A stretch of 36,952 nucleotides of DNA, taken from the IMG/VR virus record IMGVR_UViG_3300032273_000075, positions 1 to 36,952 of that record; one strand, given 5' to 3'. The notes below the pieces were generated by a model. That model was not told the origin of the DNA. It worked only from the letters and a program-made list of their open reading frames with translations, and searched no databases. Source of the stretch: a virus. Its lineage: Duplodnaviria > Caudoviricetes. Numbering within the stretch: the stretch's first letter is position 1; the number at the start of each line of letters is the position of its first letter. Shown here one piece after another: positions 8,454 through 17,386 of this stretch. The position numbers were made by a program, and so were the translations under genes.

Positions 8454-8849
8454 ATGGAGCGTTCAATACAAAACTTACAACTGAACATGAGTAAATTTGA
8501 CTCTGCGAAAAAGGGGTCTGATCAATCCGTCCACCAAGTTTTTAACCGTGTCCCTACAGTACAGCGAAAAGATGAACGTGCAATTTGTGATTCTGTCACT
8601 GCTATCAGCACGTTGTCCATATTGTCCCGCGATGTCTTACATATCAATGTTGATTACTCGCCTCAACTTAACGAGCTGAAAGTGAGAGTGTTCGATGTTG
8701 ATACCAATTACTACCACAAGCTTGTTAGAAAATTTGCAAAAAGCATTTTTCTAGAGAGCAAAAGCGCCCGTGAACAACTCAACGTATTAGAAGATAAATT
8801 AATTGAACTAGTTGCTGATGCAAAAGATAAAGCAATGGGGGCCGTATGA
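8454..8849 (+). CDS. hypothetical phage early protein
   Basis: Strong SD AAAGGAG; coupled to the next ORF. Confidence 0.7.
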   Translation: MERSIQNLQLNMSKFDSAKKGSDQSVHQVFNRVPTVQRKDERAICDSVTAISTLSILSRDVLHINVDYSPQLNELKVRVFDVDTNYYHKLVRKFAKSIFLESKSAREQLNVLEDKLIELVADAKDKAMGAV

Positions 8850-9127
8850 TATTTCCAAATGTAGCTTCAGATGAAGTTGTAAATGCCCATCTTAATCAGA
8901 TAAAGGAGTTATTTGAAACGTCTGAAGAGGGTGTCGAATTGTGGAGCAAGTTACCAGAACAAGATCGTATCACGCTGTGCCAATTCTCTGATATTGATAC
9001 AAACCTAGCCACTCATTCAATCAAAAACTTTTCACATGTTGAAGTTAAACGATTAAGACAAGGCACTAAGCGCCTAGAAAAGTTAGCAAGCCGTTTTAAC
9101 AGCATTTCAGTTTTGGATTTTAGGTAG
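8846..9127 (+). CDS. hypothetical phage early protein
   Basis: ATGA overlap with the upstream ORF. Confidence 0.65.
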   Translation: MIFPNVASDEVVNAHLNQIKELFETSEEGVELWSKLPEQDRITLCQFSDIDTNLATHSIKNFSHVEVKRLRQGTKRLEKLASRFNSISVLDFR

Positions 9128-9134
9128 GTAAATC

Positions 9135-9362
9135 ATGTTTAATCAAAAAGTTAAAGTAAATGAGCAATATTCAATTTCACGTTCTGAAAACCAATGGATT
9201 TGCACTTTTCATGTTATTGAATCTGAAAACGAAAAAGAGCAGAAAGTCGAAGTTGTTAAAACGTACCCTTGTTTATTATCAATGCATGAAGCGTTAACAA
9301 ATGAAGGTTTTTGCGGTAATGAATTAATGAATGCAGTTAGTCATTTGTTGGATGCTAAATAA
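9135..9362 (+). CDS. hypothetical phage early protein
   Basis: SD TAGGT; TAATG coupling to gpA. Confidence 0.6.
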   Translation: MFNQKVKVNEQYSISRSENQWICTFHVIESENEKEQKVEVVKTYPCLLSMHEALTNEGFCGNELMNAVSHLLDAK

Positions 9363-12025
9363 TGACTTTGCCATGTGTAACAAACATTACCCAATCAACG
9401 GATAACCAATATTTCAATGAAATGTATGAAGGCCCAACAAATCATTATGCCAATTTAGATTTTGTAGAAAATGATGATGTAAAAAATCCTTCTGATGATG
9501 GGCTTTGGAAAAAATATAATCCACCGAAGCCTAAACAATCATTTGGAAACTACCGTGCTGAACCTTTAGTTGCATTAAAGGATGCAAATAAGGGGTTGGT
9601 TGGTTTGTGGGGGGAAGATAAAGCATGGGCGTGTAAAACGTTGCAAGCAGCTGTACCACACGAACTTGCTATTTCGCTTTTTGCACAATATGTGAAAAAG
9701 TGGGAAGACTACACCCTAAAAAAACAAGAAAACCCAAGAAGTAAAAGCCGAACCAATCAAGCTAATGTTTGGTTAAGAAAACGGATCAATATGGTGAAGT
9801 TGGCTGTGGCTTCATTTCCTGTTCCATTAGATAACTTAAAACATGATGGGATGCGTAAAAGCACTGCTCGAATGTGGGCTGATAAATGCACGGCGGCAGT
9901 TGTTGACTCAGCAGACAACAATAAAACATTAACAGAAGCAGTACATGAAGTTGAATTGTTTGCCAGTGAATGGGGCTTTGTTGTTAATACGCCAGATCAA
10001 GCATTTGAAAAGTTTGAAGGTGAAACTGATGAAGAGTTTAAAGTTAGAGTTGAAAAAGAGGAAGCAGGTTATCGATTAACGAGACTAGTTGATGATAAGT
10101 GGTGGTATAGAAAAATAGATGTTGCTTATGGTCGGTTTTGCGAACATTGCCAGATATTGAATGGTCGTGTTCGCAAAGGTGTCTCAAATTATTTAAGTGA
10201 AATAGGTATCCGCGAGTTTCGCTCTCGTAGAAAAGCGAGTGATGCTGCATTAAAAAGATTAGTTGCACGCAATGAAGAAACAGGTGAAGAAATAAACCTA
10301 TTTGAAGTGGTCAATCGTTCGGTTGCCAATCGCGCTATACGTCGTGCTGAATTAATGACGCGCTTACGTGGATGTGAAAGCATTGCACAAGAAAATGGTT
10401 TAATAGGAGCACTTTTTACAATTACCGCACCTTCAAAATATCATTCTTATACAGTCAAAAACAATCAAAAAAGTAGTGTTGAAAATGAAAAATATGAAGG
10501 CGCAACACCGCCAGAGACTCAACATTACTTATCATCAGTATTTGCAAAAGCCCGCGCTAAGTTAGGTCGCTTAAATGTCGATTTTATGGGCTTTCGTGTT
10601 TGCGAACCTCACCACGATGGAACACCACATTGGCATGCGTTGTTCTTCTTCAAGTCTGAACATGAACAAGTGATACGCTATGTATTAGCTGAATACTTCA
10701 CGTTAGCAGATAGAGATGAATTAAACATAACAAGACAAGATATTGCTAACTGGAGTAATGCAGTTTTAGGTAAGTCAGCAACAGGTAAAAGTGTTTTGTT
10801 AAATGTGACGGATAAAGTTGAAAAGGAAGTGATCGCGCCTATCGCTAAACGTGTGAAAGTTCGTTTTGATTATATAAAAATAGACCCAAGCCTAGGTAGT
10901 GCAACAGGGTACATTGCAAAATACATTGCTAAAAATATCGATGGTTACAAGCTAGAAGACGATAAGGAAGAGGGAACAACGGCAGATAAAGCCGCGTTTG
11001 CTGTTTGTGGTTGGGCTAGTCGTTGGGGTATTCGTCAGTTTCAGCCAATAGGTAACCCATCTGTTCAAGTATGGCGAGAGCTTAGACGTTTGCCGCAAAC
11101 TAAAGACGAGAAAATAATAAAAGAAGCGAAGCTAAAAGCCAGAGCTGATGCCAAAGAAAAAGGTGAGATTTATATTGAAGTACGAAAAGAAAAATTATTA
11201 ACAGAGCTTAGAAAAAAGTATGAAGACATTGAAATCGCACGTATTGGTGCAAGTTCAGGTGATTGGGGGTTATTCATGCTTTCTAATGGAGGGCTGTTTT
11301 GTCCGCGTGATGCTTTTCCTATCCGCATTCTTTACAAGGGCGAAGGTAACGCTTATGGCGAAATAGTGAAGAAAATTAAAGGTATTACGGCTTTTAATAA
11401 AGAGCTTGAAACTCGTCAAGATGGTTGGGTAATTGCGAAAATCAATGAAAGTAGGGTTTTAGAGGTTGAGAAAAGCGACAGCTTTTCCCTTGGAGCTCTG
11501 TCTATAACTGTACGAGGTCAATTTAATGACCTAGATATTGTCAGTTTATGGTCACAATTTGCCCAAATGGGAGAGAGAATTTCTATTGCTGATTTTGAAC
11601 GTTTCTTACTTAATTCAGTTATTCACCTAGAGTCACGCACTACCGAGGGAATTAAGCGTCAGCGCAAAGCGAAATTAAAACAATCTTACCTAGATAGAGG
11701 CGGTTATTTTGTCGATATGTGGGAGAGTGTGTCTGATGAGTCCTTTGTATATATTGAAGACTTAATCAACAAAGCCCCAAGCAGAGGCAGTATTGATGAT
11801 ATCGAACAGCTAGAAAATATTAAGCATGAAAGAAAAGACGCTTTAAAATGTTGGTACCGAGATTCGGGCTGGCGAACGTCTCATTCTGTAAGTAGTGTTG
11901 ATGGGTTAGAAAAAATCACAATAAATACCGCTTCACGCTTATTGGCCGTCGAGCAATGGTGTAAAGTAAATAACATTGAATTAATAAAATCGGTTGCAGA
12001 GGTGAAAGGTGAGCAAAGATATTAA
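9362..12025 (+). CDS. A: P2-type rolling-circle replication endonuclease gpA
   Basis: TITAPSKYH, HUH motif EPHHDGTPHWH, catalytic tyrosines GYIAKYIAKNIDG, WGIRQFQ..VWRELRR. Confidence 0.95.
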   Translation: MTLPCVTNITQSTDNQYFNEMYEGPTNHYANLDFVENDDVKNPSDDGLWKKYNPPKPKQSFGNYRAEPLVALKDANKGLVGLWGEDKAWACKTLQAAVPHELAISLFAQYVKKWEDYTLKKQENPRSKSRTNQANVWLRKRINMVKLAVASFPVPLDNLKHDGMRKSTARMWADKCTAAVVDSADNNKTLTEAVHEVELFASEWGFVVNTPDQAFEKFEGETDEEFKVRVEKEEAGYRLTRLVDDKWWYRKIDVAYGRFCEHCQILNGRVRKGVSNYLSEIGIREFRSRRKASDAALKRLVARNEETGEEINLFEVVNRSVANRAIRRAELMTRLRGCESIAQENGLIGALFTITAPSKYHSYTVKNNQKSSVENEKYEGATPPETQHYLSSVFAKARAKLGRLNVDFMGFRVCEPHHDGTPHWHALFFFKSEHEQVIRYVLAEYFTLADRDELNITRQDIANWSNAVLGKSATGKSVLLNVTDKVEKEVIAPIAKRVKVRFDYIKIDPSLGSATGYIAKYIAKNIDGYKLEDDKEEGTTADKAAFAVCGWASRWGIRQFQPIGNPSVQVWRELRRLPQTKDEKIIKEAKLKARADAKEKGEIYIEVRKEKLLTELRKKYEDIEIARIGASSGDWGLFMLSNGGLFCPRDAFPIRILYKGEGNAYGEIVKKIKGITAFNKELETRQDGWVIAKINESRVLEVEKSDSFSLGALSITVRGQFNDLDIVSLWSQFAQMGERISIADFERFLLNSVIHLESRTTEGIKRQRKAKLKQSYLDRGGYFVDMWESVSDESFVYIEDLINKAPSRGSIDDIEQLENIKHERKDALKCWYRDSGWRTSHSVSSVDGLEKITINTASRLLAVEQWCKVNNIELIKSVAEVKGEQRY
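11471..11514 (+). other. putative replication origin inside gpA
   Basis: CCCTTGGAGCTCTGTCTATAACTGTACG resembles the P2 ori region (..CCTCGGAGTCCTGTCAATAACTGT..); preceded by hairpin AAAAGC-GACA-GCTTTT. Confidence 0.7.
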
Positions 12026-12356
12026 TGATGAAGATATTCAAAGGGCTGCTTTTGCAGCGTTGGGAGCATTGGGTAAAACAATACCTGGTCACGAGAAATA
12101 CGAAATACGCGAAAAACATTTCTGTGGAAGGTGTGACCTCATTATCGAAAGTGAAGGCTACTGTGATAGGTGCGAAAAAGTTATAACAATAGAAGAGCTA
12201 GATTGTGATGAAGATGACTTAATGAATTATATGAATGAAGCATTAGAAGTGATTCATAGTGAACCAACTGGTATGACTGGCCGTTATCTTGATGGTGACG
12301 AATGGAAAGAAGAAATTAAAAATCCTGATGTTTCTTATGCGAATAGGAATGGTTAG
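12009..12356 (+). CDS. hypothetical protein with CxxC..CxxC zinc ribbon
   Basis: CGRC..CDRC; GTG start overlapping the gpA end. Confidence 0.65.
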   Translation: MSKDINDEDIQRAAFAALGALGKTIPGHEKYEIREKHFCGRCDLIIESEGYCDRCEKVITIEELDCDEDDLMNYMNEALEVIHSEPTGMTGRYLDGDEWKEEIKNPDVSYANRNG

Positions 12357-12421
12357 TTTTTAGACTATCTTATTATTTATAATTTAAGTTGTTTTACACA
12401 TTACGAGAATATTATATTTTG

Positions 12422-13084
12422 ATGAAATATGTACTATGGGTCTTTTTTATCGCTTGTATTATAAATGTTTTTAAGGCTCTAAGCCCTGAAGCAGAGCCTT
12501 TAAATTTTGTTGAAGCTAGAGCTTCAGATACAACAGAAAAAGAACGAATTTCTATATGCCATTCTTCATTAGGAAGTGTTTCAAGTACATTTACTTATCA
12601 GGTTAAAGGTGATGAGGTATGGAGCCTGCACAATAATAAACCTGATAAGTATTGTAAGTTTTGGGGGAAGAGCGTTGTATTGGGGGAGTTAAAAACGGTT
12701 GATAAAAATAAATGCCATACATTAACAAAAGCAGAAGTAAAAAGAGGAGGAAGGGTTACTTCTGTCGAATATAATCCGAAGTATTCAGTATATAAAGATG
12801 GGAATATATATTGGTCTTGTCAAAAAGGAAGGTCTCCAAATAGGGTTGATGAAAGGGTTTATAATCGCTCTGAAAAAATTTATAGATTTGCTGATGATTA
12901 TAATGTTTTGCTCTTACCAACTTATTATTCAAATGTTTATTTTTATAAAGGGGTTATTTTCAGAAGTATTGGCGATCGAGGGGAAGCGAACGTTTATAAC
13001 TCTAATACAATAATCCTTGACGAAACAGCACGATTTAATCGCACTGTTAATTTATTACCTGAGAGCTCTATTACTAGCGGTTAA
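12422..13084 (+). CDS. AT-rich moron; exported or membrane-anchored Cys-containing protein
   Basis: MKYVLWVFFIACIINVFKAL signal/anchor followed by a soluble domain. Confidence 0.6.
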   Translation: MKYVLWVFFIACIINVFKALSPEAEPLNFVEARASDTTEKERISICHSSLGSVSSTFTYQVKGDEVWSLHNNKPDKYCKFWGKSVVLGELKTVDKNKCHTLTKAEVKRGGRVTSVEYNPKYSVYKDGNIYWSCQKGRSPNRVDERVYNRSEKIYRFADDYNVLLLPTYYSNVYFYKGVIFRSIGDRGEANVYNSNTIILDETARFNRTVNLLPESSITSG

Positions 13085-13229
13085 TTTGACAATGCGCCTT
13101 GTTCGGGTTTATCCCAATTAGGCACTGGCAAAATCCAGTGTCGGGATTGGCGTTCCGAATATTCAAGGCGCATAGACGCCAACTTTTAAGTTGGTTTTTT
13201 TATGTGTGTAGCTTAGTTGTACCATTTCT

Positions 13230-13300
13230 ATGGTGAGCTAGGTGAGGGGAGCTTGCTCCGCCGATCCTTGAACGGTACGCTAACCTTGCTTAGTTCACCA
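13230..13300 (+). ncRNA. C4-like antisense RNA (P1/P7 c4, P4 CI type)
   Basis: Closing stem TGGTGAGCTAGG/CTTAGTTCACCA; CCTTGAA (13266) and ACGCTAA (13277) complementary to upstream and downstream target copies. Confidence 0.75.
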
Positions 13301-13350
13301 CCAGTATTGGCGTGCTCGTGGTGATAAATATAATCATCAAGGAGTCAATC

Positions 13351-13899
13351 ATGACTAATCAATTATCGTTTAACGACAAAACACTTACCCCAATTATTAA
13401 AGATGGCCAAACTTGGTTTGATGCGTACCAACTTGGTACGGCACTTGGATATAGTGATCTTAGAGCTGCAGTCAGAAAAGTATTTAATCGCAATAAAGAT
13501 GAATTTACATCATGTATGACTTGCTTACCCAAATTGGGTAACAATGGTAATGAAAAAGAAACGCGCATTTTCTCCTTAAGTGGTTGCCACTTAATCGCTA
13601 TATTCGCACGAACAGCGCAAGCCAAAGCATTCAGAAAGTGGGTGTTAGATATATTAGACAAAGAAACAGCTCAAGCAGAACCTACAAAGTCAGATAATAC
13701 TGGCGTGAATAACCACGGTTTAACTCGCCTACTTATGACATTCGAGAATGGCAACCTCACCAAAACCACACCAGTTCCCTTCACATCAGGAATAGTGTCA
13801 TTCGAATCACCAGAAACACTAAAAGAAATGATCCGCGACACCATGCCCGGTTACGCTTTGGTTAACAAAGCTGAGATAAGTAAAGTACTTGGTTTGTAA
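13351..13899 (+). CDS. Bro-N domain phage antirepressor
   Basis: LGTALGY..FNRNKDEFT..RIFSLSGCHLIAIFART..AKAFRKWVLDILD; ATG 13351 with SD AAGGAG. Confidence 0.88.
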   Translation: MTNQLSFNDKTLTPIIKDGQTWFDAYQLGTALGYSDLRAAVRKVFNRNKDEFTSCMTCLPKLGNNGNEKETRIFSLSGCHLIAIFARTAQAKAFRKWVLDILDKETAQAEPTKSDNTGVNNHGLTRLLMTFENGNLTKTTPVPFTSGIVSFESPETLKEMIRDTMPGYALVNKAEISKVLGL

Positions 13900-14075
13900 A
13901 ATACAACTTGCACTGCACATGTAATTCAAGTGAAAGTGTATAGATAGTTAATTCATCGTTTTATCGCTACCTTTTGTGATAAAGTATATAAATAAGCACA
14001 AAAATTTGGATTATTTAACTTTATAAATGCATAATAATCATCAAATTTAATTTAATTAAATATAATCGAAGGCAT

Positions 14076-14786
14076 TTGAGAATAATGAAACTTGTACAAG
14101 AATTACATCAGGCTCACTTTTTCACCAATAACGCAGATGTGACAGCAACTCCACCTATAGTAGCCGCATTAATGCAAGCTATTGGACGCTTTAATTTAAT
14201 CCCTAATATGGGAGATGAATTAAATGCCATAACAGGTGAGAGAAGAAAAATACCTATGATGGTTAGCCCTGATGAATCTTTACGTGTAGAGTTTCCGATT
14301 AACGAAATTGTTATTATTGGAGCAGGCGGTTCACTCAAAGATTTCACTGAAAAAGCAAATGATATATTTAAAGAACTTGCTAGTGTATTTCCTGAAAAAA
14401 AAGGGAATAGGCTTTCCCTGCTTAATAATAAATTTTATGAAGGTGAGACTAGTGAATATGAAGAATTGTATAAAAAAATATTTACTTACCACGATGGAAA
14501 TCCTTTTGAATGGGACAATCGCATTGTTGAACGTAAAATATTACCTTCAAAAGAAGCTATCAATAGCATAACTACAATTCGTCGATGTCAAATAAGCTCT
14601 CCCTCTATTCAATCAAATAAACTTATAAATAGTGTGATTTTTGAGTTGGACAGTAATACGGTTCGAGAAAATCCAGTAATGAGGTTTTCACTTTTGGACT
14701 CAAATAAAGTGATTGGTGAACTTTTGGCTAACAACCAAGATGTATCAAATGAATTAAGAAGATACACGGAGCAAGCTGATGAATAA
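14076..14786 (+). CDS. hypothetical protein, possibly TIGR04255-like (chaperone-like)
   Basis: Beta-rich, with NRLSLLNNKFY and IFELDSNT motifs reminiscent of TIGR04255; start may be ATG 14085. Confidence 0.5.
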   Translation: MRIMKLVQELHQAHFFTNNADVTATPPIVAALMQAIGRFNLIPNMGDELNAITGERRKIPMMVSPDESLRVEFPINEIVIIGAGGSLKDFTEKANDIFKELASVFPEKKGNRLSLLNNKFYEGETSEYEELYKKIFTYHDGNPFEWDNRIVERKILPSKEAINSITTIRRCQISSPSIQSNKLINSVIFELDSNTVRENPVMRFSLLDSNKVIGELLANNQDVSNELRRYTEQADE

Positions 14787-15324
14787 TTTTTCAAGCCAAA
14801 CAGACAATGTACAAGATAAATATATGCAACTTCTTTCTAGTGGAACATCTGCATTTCTTCGTTCTACTAGCTCTACTTTAAGTAAAGATCGTAATCGAGA
14901 TTTAAGAGTCAATGAATGCTCACAAACAATAATTGATTTTGTTTTAAGTGAAGAGTATGTCGAAGGACAAATAAGCAAAACTCAACTTTATATAGAAAGC
15001 ATTTATTGCCAAGATAAAAGTTTACTAAGAGATAGCTTTCAAAAATCTTGGTTAGCTATTTATTCACGAGGCGAATATGCAGTTTATACCTTCATAAGTA
15101 TCGCATCGTCGATTGAATATGAATTTCTTGAAGATAGAGCCGATACTTTAATTTTTGCTGGTTATGCTCATGCAAGTGAAATGGTAAATGAAGCAACGAT
15201 TCGTGCCATTGAATCGTGGGAACAGCCTTCACACATTTCACTGCTTGAACAAATGAAGCCATTTACGATTGTATGGCTTGAAGAATATAAAAATAGTGTA
15301 ATCGATTATCTTAAGAGTTTGTAA
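14779..15324 (+). CDS. hypothetical protein, S/T-rich N-terminus plus HEAT-like helical domain (putative antitoxin)
   Basis: EEYVEGQIS and HASEMVNEATIRAIESW motifs; overlaps both neighbours. Confidence 0.5.
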   Translation: MNNFSSQTDNVQDKYMQLLSSGTSAFLRSTSSTLSKDRNRDLRVNECSQTIIDFVLSEEYVEGQISKTQLYIESIYCQDKSLLRDSFQKSWLAIYSRGEYAVYTFISIASSIEYEFLEDRADTLIFAGYAHASEMVNEATIRAIESWEQPSHISLLEQMKPFTIVWLEEYKNSVIDYLKSL

Positions 15325-15860
15325 TGGCATATTTATTGCGTAAATTCTCACTTACTAAGTGGCAAAAAAACATAGAAAAATCTCCTTGTAATTATGATGC
15401 AGATGCTATTACTGGTTGTACCAGAACTAGAGATAATAAATTGTCAGTATGGCACTCAGTAGATAAAGACTTTGAATCTGATGAAGTAAAAGATTTAATT
15501 GTTGCATTAGCAATATCTATGGACGAACCCGCAACTATGGATGTAGTTTTCCTAGAAGAGGATTGGTTAATCAAAAACGATATTAAAATAAAAGCTGAAT
15601 CAGCGACGACAAGTTTTGAAAGGGTAAATGGGAAGCATAAAGATTTAGTTTGTTTGGACCATAGAAAGCTTGGTTTAGTTTCTCAACATATAGTTGAGCA
15701 AGCAACTGATGAAAAGCATAGGAAAAAGCTGTTAAAATCCCAAATTATAACCTTGGTTACCACATGGATACAAAAAAGTGATACCTTCGAAGTTGAACAC
15801 CTTAAACCTAGATGGCAAAAACAAATATTGAAAAAGCTTAATTCACTTAAGGTAAATTAG
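15324..15860 (+). CDS. putative ADP-ribosyltransferase-like toxin
   Basis: YLLRK (R6), ADAITGCTRT..NKLSVW (S41), HKDL (H105). Confidence 0.5.
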   Translation: MAYLLRKFSLTKWQKNIEKSPCNYDADAITGCTRTRDNKLSVWHSVDKDFESDEVKDLIVALAISMDEPATMDVVFLEEDWLIKNDIKIKAESATTSFERVNGKHKDLVCLDHRKLGLVSQHIVEQATDEKHRKKLLKSQIITLVTTWIQKSDTFEVEHLKPRWQKQILKKLNSLKVN

Positions 15861-15869
15861 CATATCCAT

Positions 15870-15893
15870 AGCCCACATCATGTGGGCTTTTTT
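15870..15893 (+). terminator. intrinsic terminator of the three-gene operon
   Basis: AGCCCAC-ATCAT-GTGGGCTTTTTT. Confidence 0.85.
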
Positions 15894-16023
15894 ATTTCTA
15901 AAAATTACAATAAATTAAGTTTTTTTAATTATTTTTGATGCATGGCTAACTGCTTTATCAATTTATCAGACTAAAGTTTAAATTTATTATAAAGCCGTTA
16001 CATAATTCTTCTATTATATGCGA

Positions 16024-16039
16024 CTGTTTTTATATGCAG
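16024..16039. promoter_or_regulatory. putative LexA (SOS) box upstream of the methyltransferase
   Basis: CTGTTTTTATATGCAG fits CTG-N10-CAG. Confidence 0.55.
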
Positions 16040-16103
16040 CTGTTTTGGTGCGCGATATACTACTTTTAATTTTTGATGCCTTGAGTACCTGAGACCCAGT
16101 TTT

Positions 16104-17153
16104 CTGGAGAGGAAGCAGCAAAAATATAAGCAAGCTGCAAGTGCAGATTGTTTACAATTCTTAAAAACCTTACCTGAAAATCATGTCGATTTAATTTTAA
16201 CTGATCCTCCATACTTCCAAGTGAAACCTAATGCATGGGATAACCAGTGGCCTGACGTAGAAACATTTCTTGCCTGCTTAGATGAAGTGCTTGTTGAGTT
16301 TTGGCGAGTATTAAAACCCTCTGGCAGCCTGTATTTATTCTGTGGTTCAAAGTTAGCTGCAGAAACTGAAATATTAATTAAAAACCGCTTCAAAGTACTC
16401 AACCATATTGTATGGGCAAAACCTTCTGGTGTTTGGAAAAGGGCGCATAAACCATCGTTACGTTCATTTTTTCCTGCGACCGAAAGAATTATTTTTGCTG
16501 AACACTACGGTGCTGAAGGTTTTGCTAAAGGGGCTAATGGTTATGCTTCTAAATGTAATGAGCTAAAACAACAAACATTCAAACCGCTTATCGATTACTT
16601 TAAAGATGCGAGAAGTGCATTAGGCATTTCAGCAAAAGAAATTAACAGCGCAACCAACACGCAAATGTGTTCACATTGGTTTTCTGAAAGCCAGTGGAAA
16701 CTACCTACCAAAGAGCAATACGACCAACTGCAGAAGTTATTTAAAAAGAAAGGCGGTGAACTTTCAAAACCGCATGATGAATTACTTGATAAACGAGTAG
16801 AACTGCAGAAAGGATATGAAGAACTCAAACTTGAATATTCAGATTTAAAAAAACAATACGATGATTTACGCCGGACATTTAGCGTTACCAGTGAAGTTCC
16901 TTATACCGATGTTTGGACATACGCGCCGGTACAATATTATCCAGGTAAACATCCTTGTGAAAAACCATCTGAATTATTGGATCATGTTATTTTAACAAGC
17001 AGCAAAGAAAATCAAGTCGTATTAGACACTTTCATGGGCTCTGGCTCTGCAGGTAAACAATGCTTGAAGTTAAACAGAAAATTCATAGGTGTTGAAATGG
17101 AAAAGGAGACATTTAATAAAACGTTAAATGATTTAAGTAGTAGCCTGGATTAA
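16104..17153 (+). CDS. site-specific DNA methyltransferase (N6A/N4C, beta class); start uncertain
   Basis: In-frame ADCLQFLKTLPENHVDLILTDPPYF lies upstream of track start 16221; HPCEKP; VLDTFMGSGS. Confidence 0.9.
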   Translation: MERKQQKYKQAASADCLQFLKTLPENHVDLILTDPPYFQVKPNAWDNQWPDVETFLACLDEVLVEFWRVLKPSGSLYLFCGSKLAAETEILIKNRFKVLNHIVWAKPSGVWKRAHKPSLRSFFPATERIIFAEHYGAEGFAKGANGYASKCNELKQQTFKPLIDYFKDARSALGISAKEINSATNTQMCSHWFSESQWKLPTKEQYDQLQKLFKKKGGELSKPHDELLDKRVELQKGYEELKLEYSDLKKQYDDLRRTFSVTSEVPYTDVWTYAPVQYYPGKHPCEKPSELLDHVILTSSKENQVVLDTFMGSGSAGKQCLKLNRKFIGVEMEKETFNKTLNDLSSSLD

Positions 17154-17180
17154 TCAAATTTTAAATAAAATAGATTTTTA

Positions 17181-17206
17181 AAGCCCACTTGAACGTGGGC
17201 TTTTTT
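17181..17206 (+). terminator. intrinsic terminator after the methyltransferase
   Basis: AAGCCCAC-TTGAAC-GTGGGCTTTTTT. Confidence 0.85.
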
Positions 17207-17228
17207 ATACCTGAAAAAACCACGAAAA

Positions 17229-17260
17229 CTGTTTATAATAACAGTTGGCTTTATATCCAG
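17229..17260. promoter_or_regulatory. tandem putative LexA boxes upstream of ogr
   Basis: CTGTTTATAATAACAG (17229-17244) then TTGGCTTTATATCCAG (17245-17260). Confidence 0.65.
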
Positions 17261-17386
17261 TTGTTGTGTTGTTAAATTACCATGAATACTGGGTTTGATG
17301 TAATTTTATATTGCTCTATTAAATAACGGTTTAGGTTCAATTTTTTGCAGACTCGTTATTATTAACTTAATGAATTAGGAGGCGCT

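Noticed and set aside
16104-17153. Restriction-modification system formed by the MTase and the upstream operon
   Set aside because: Separated by a terminator, no nuclease motif recognised, and this MTase family is commonly orphan in prophages
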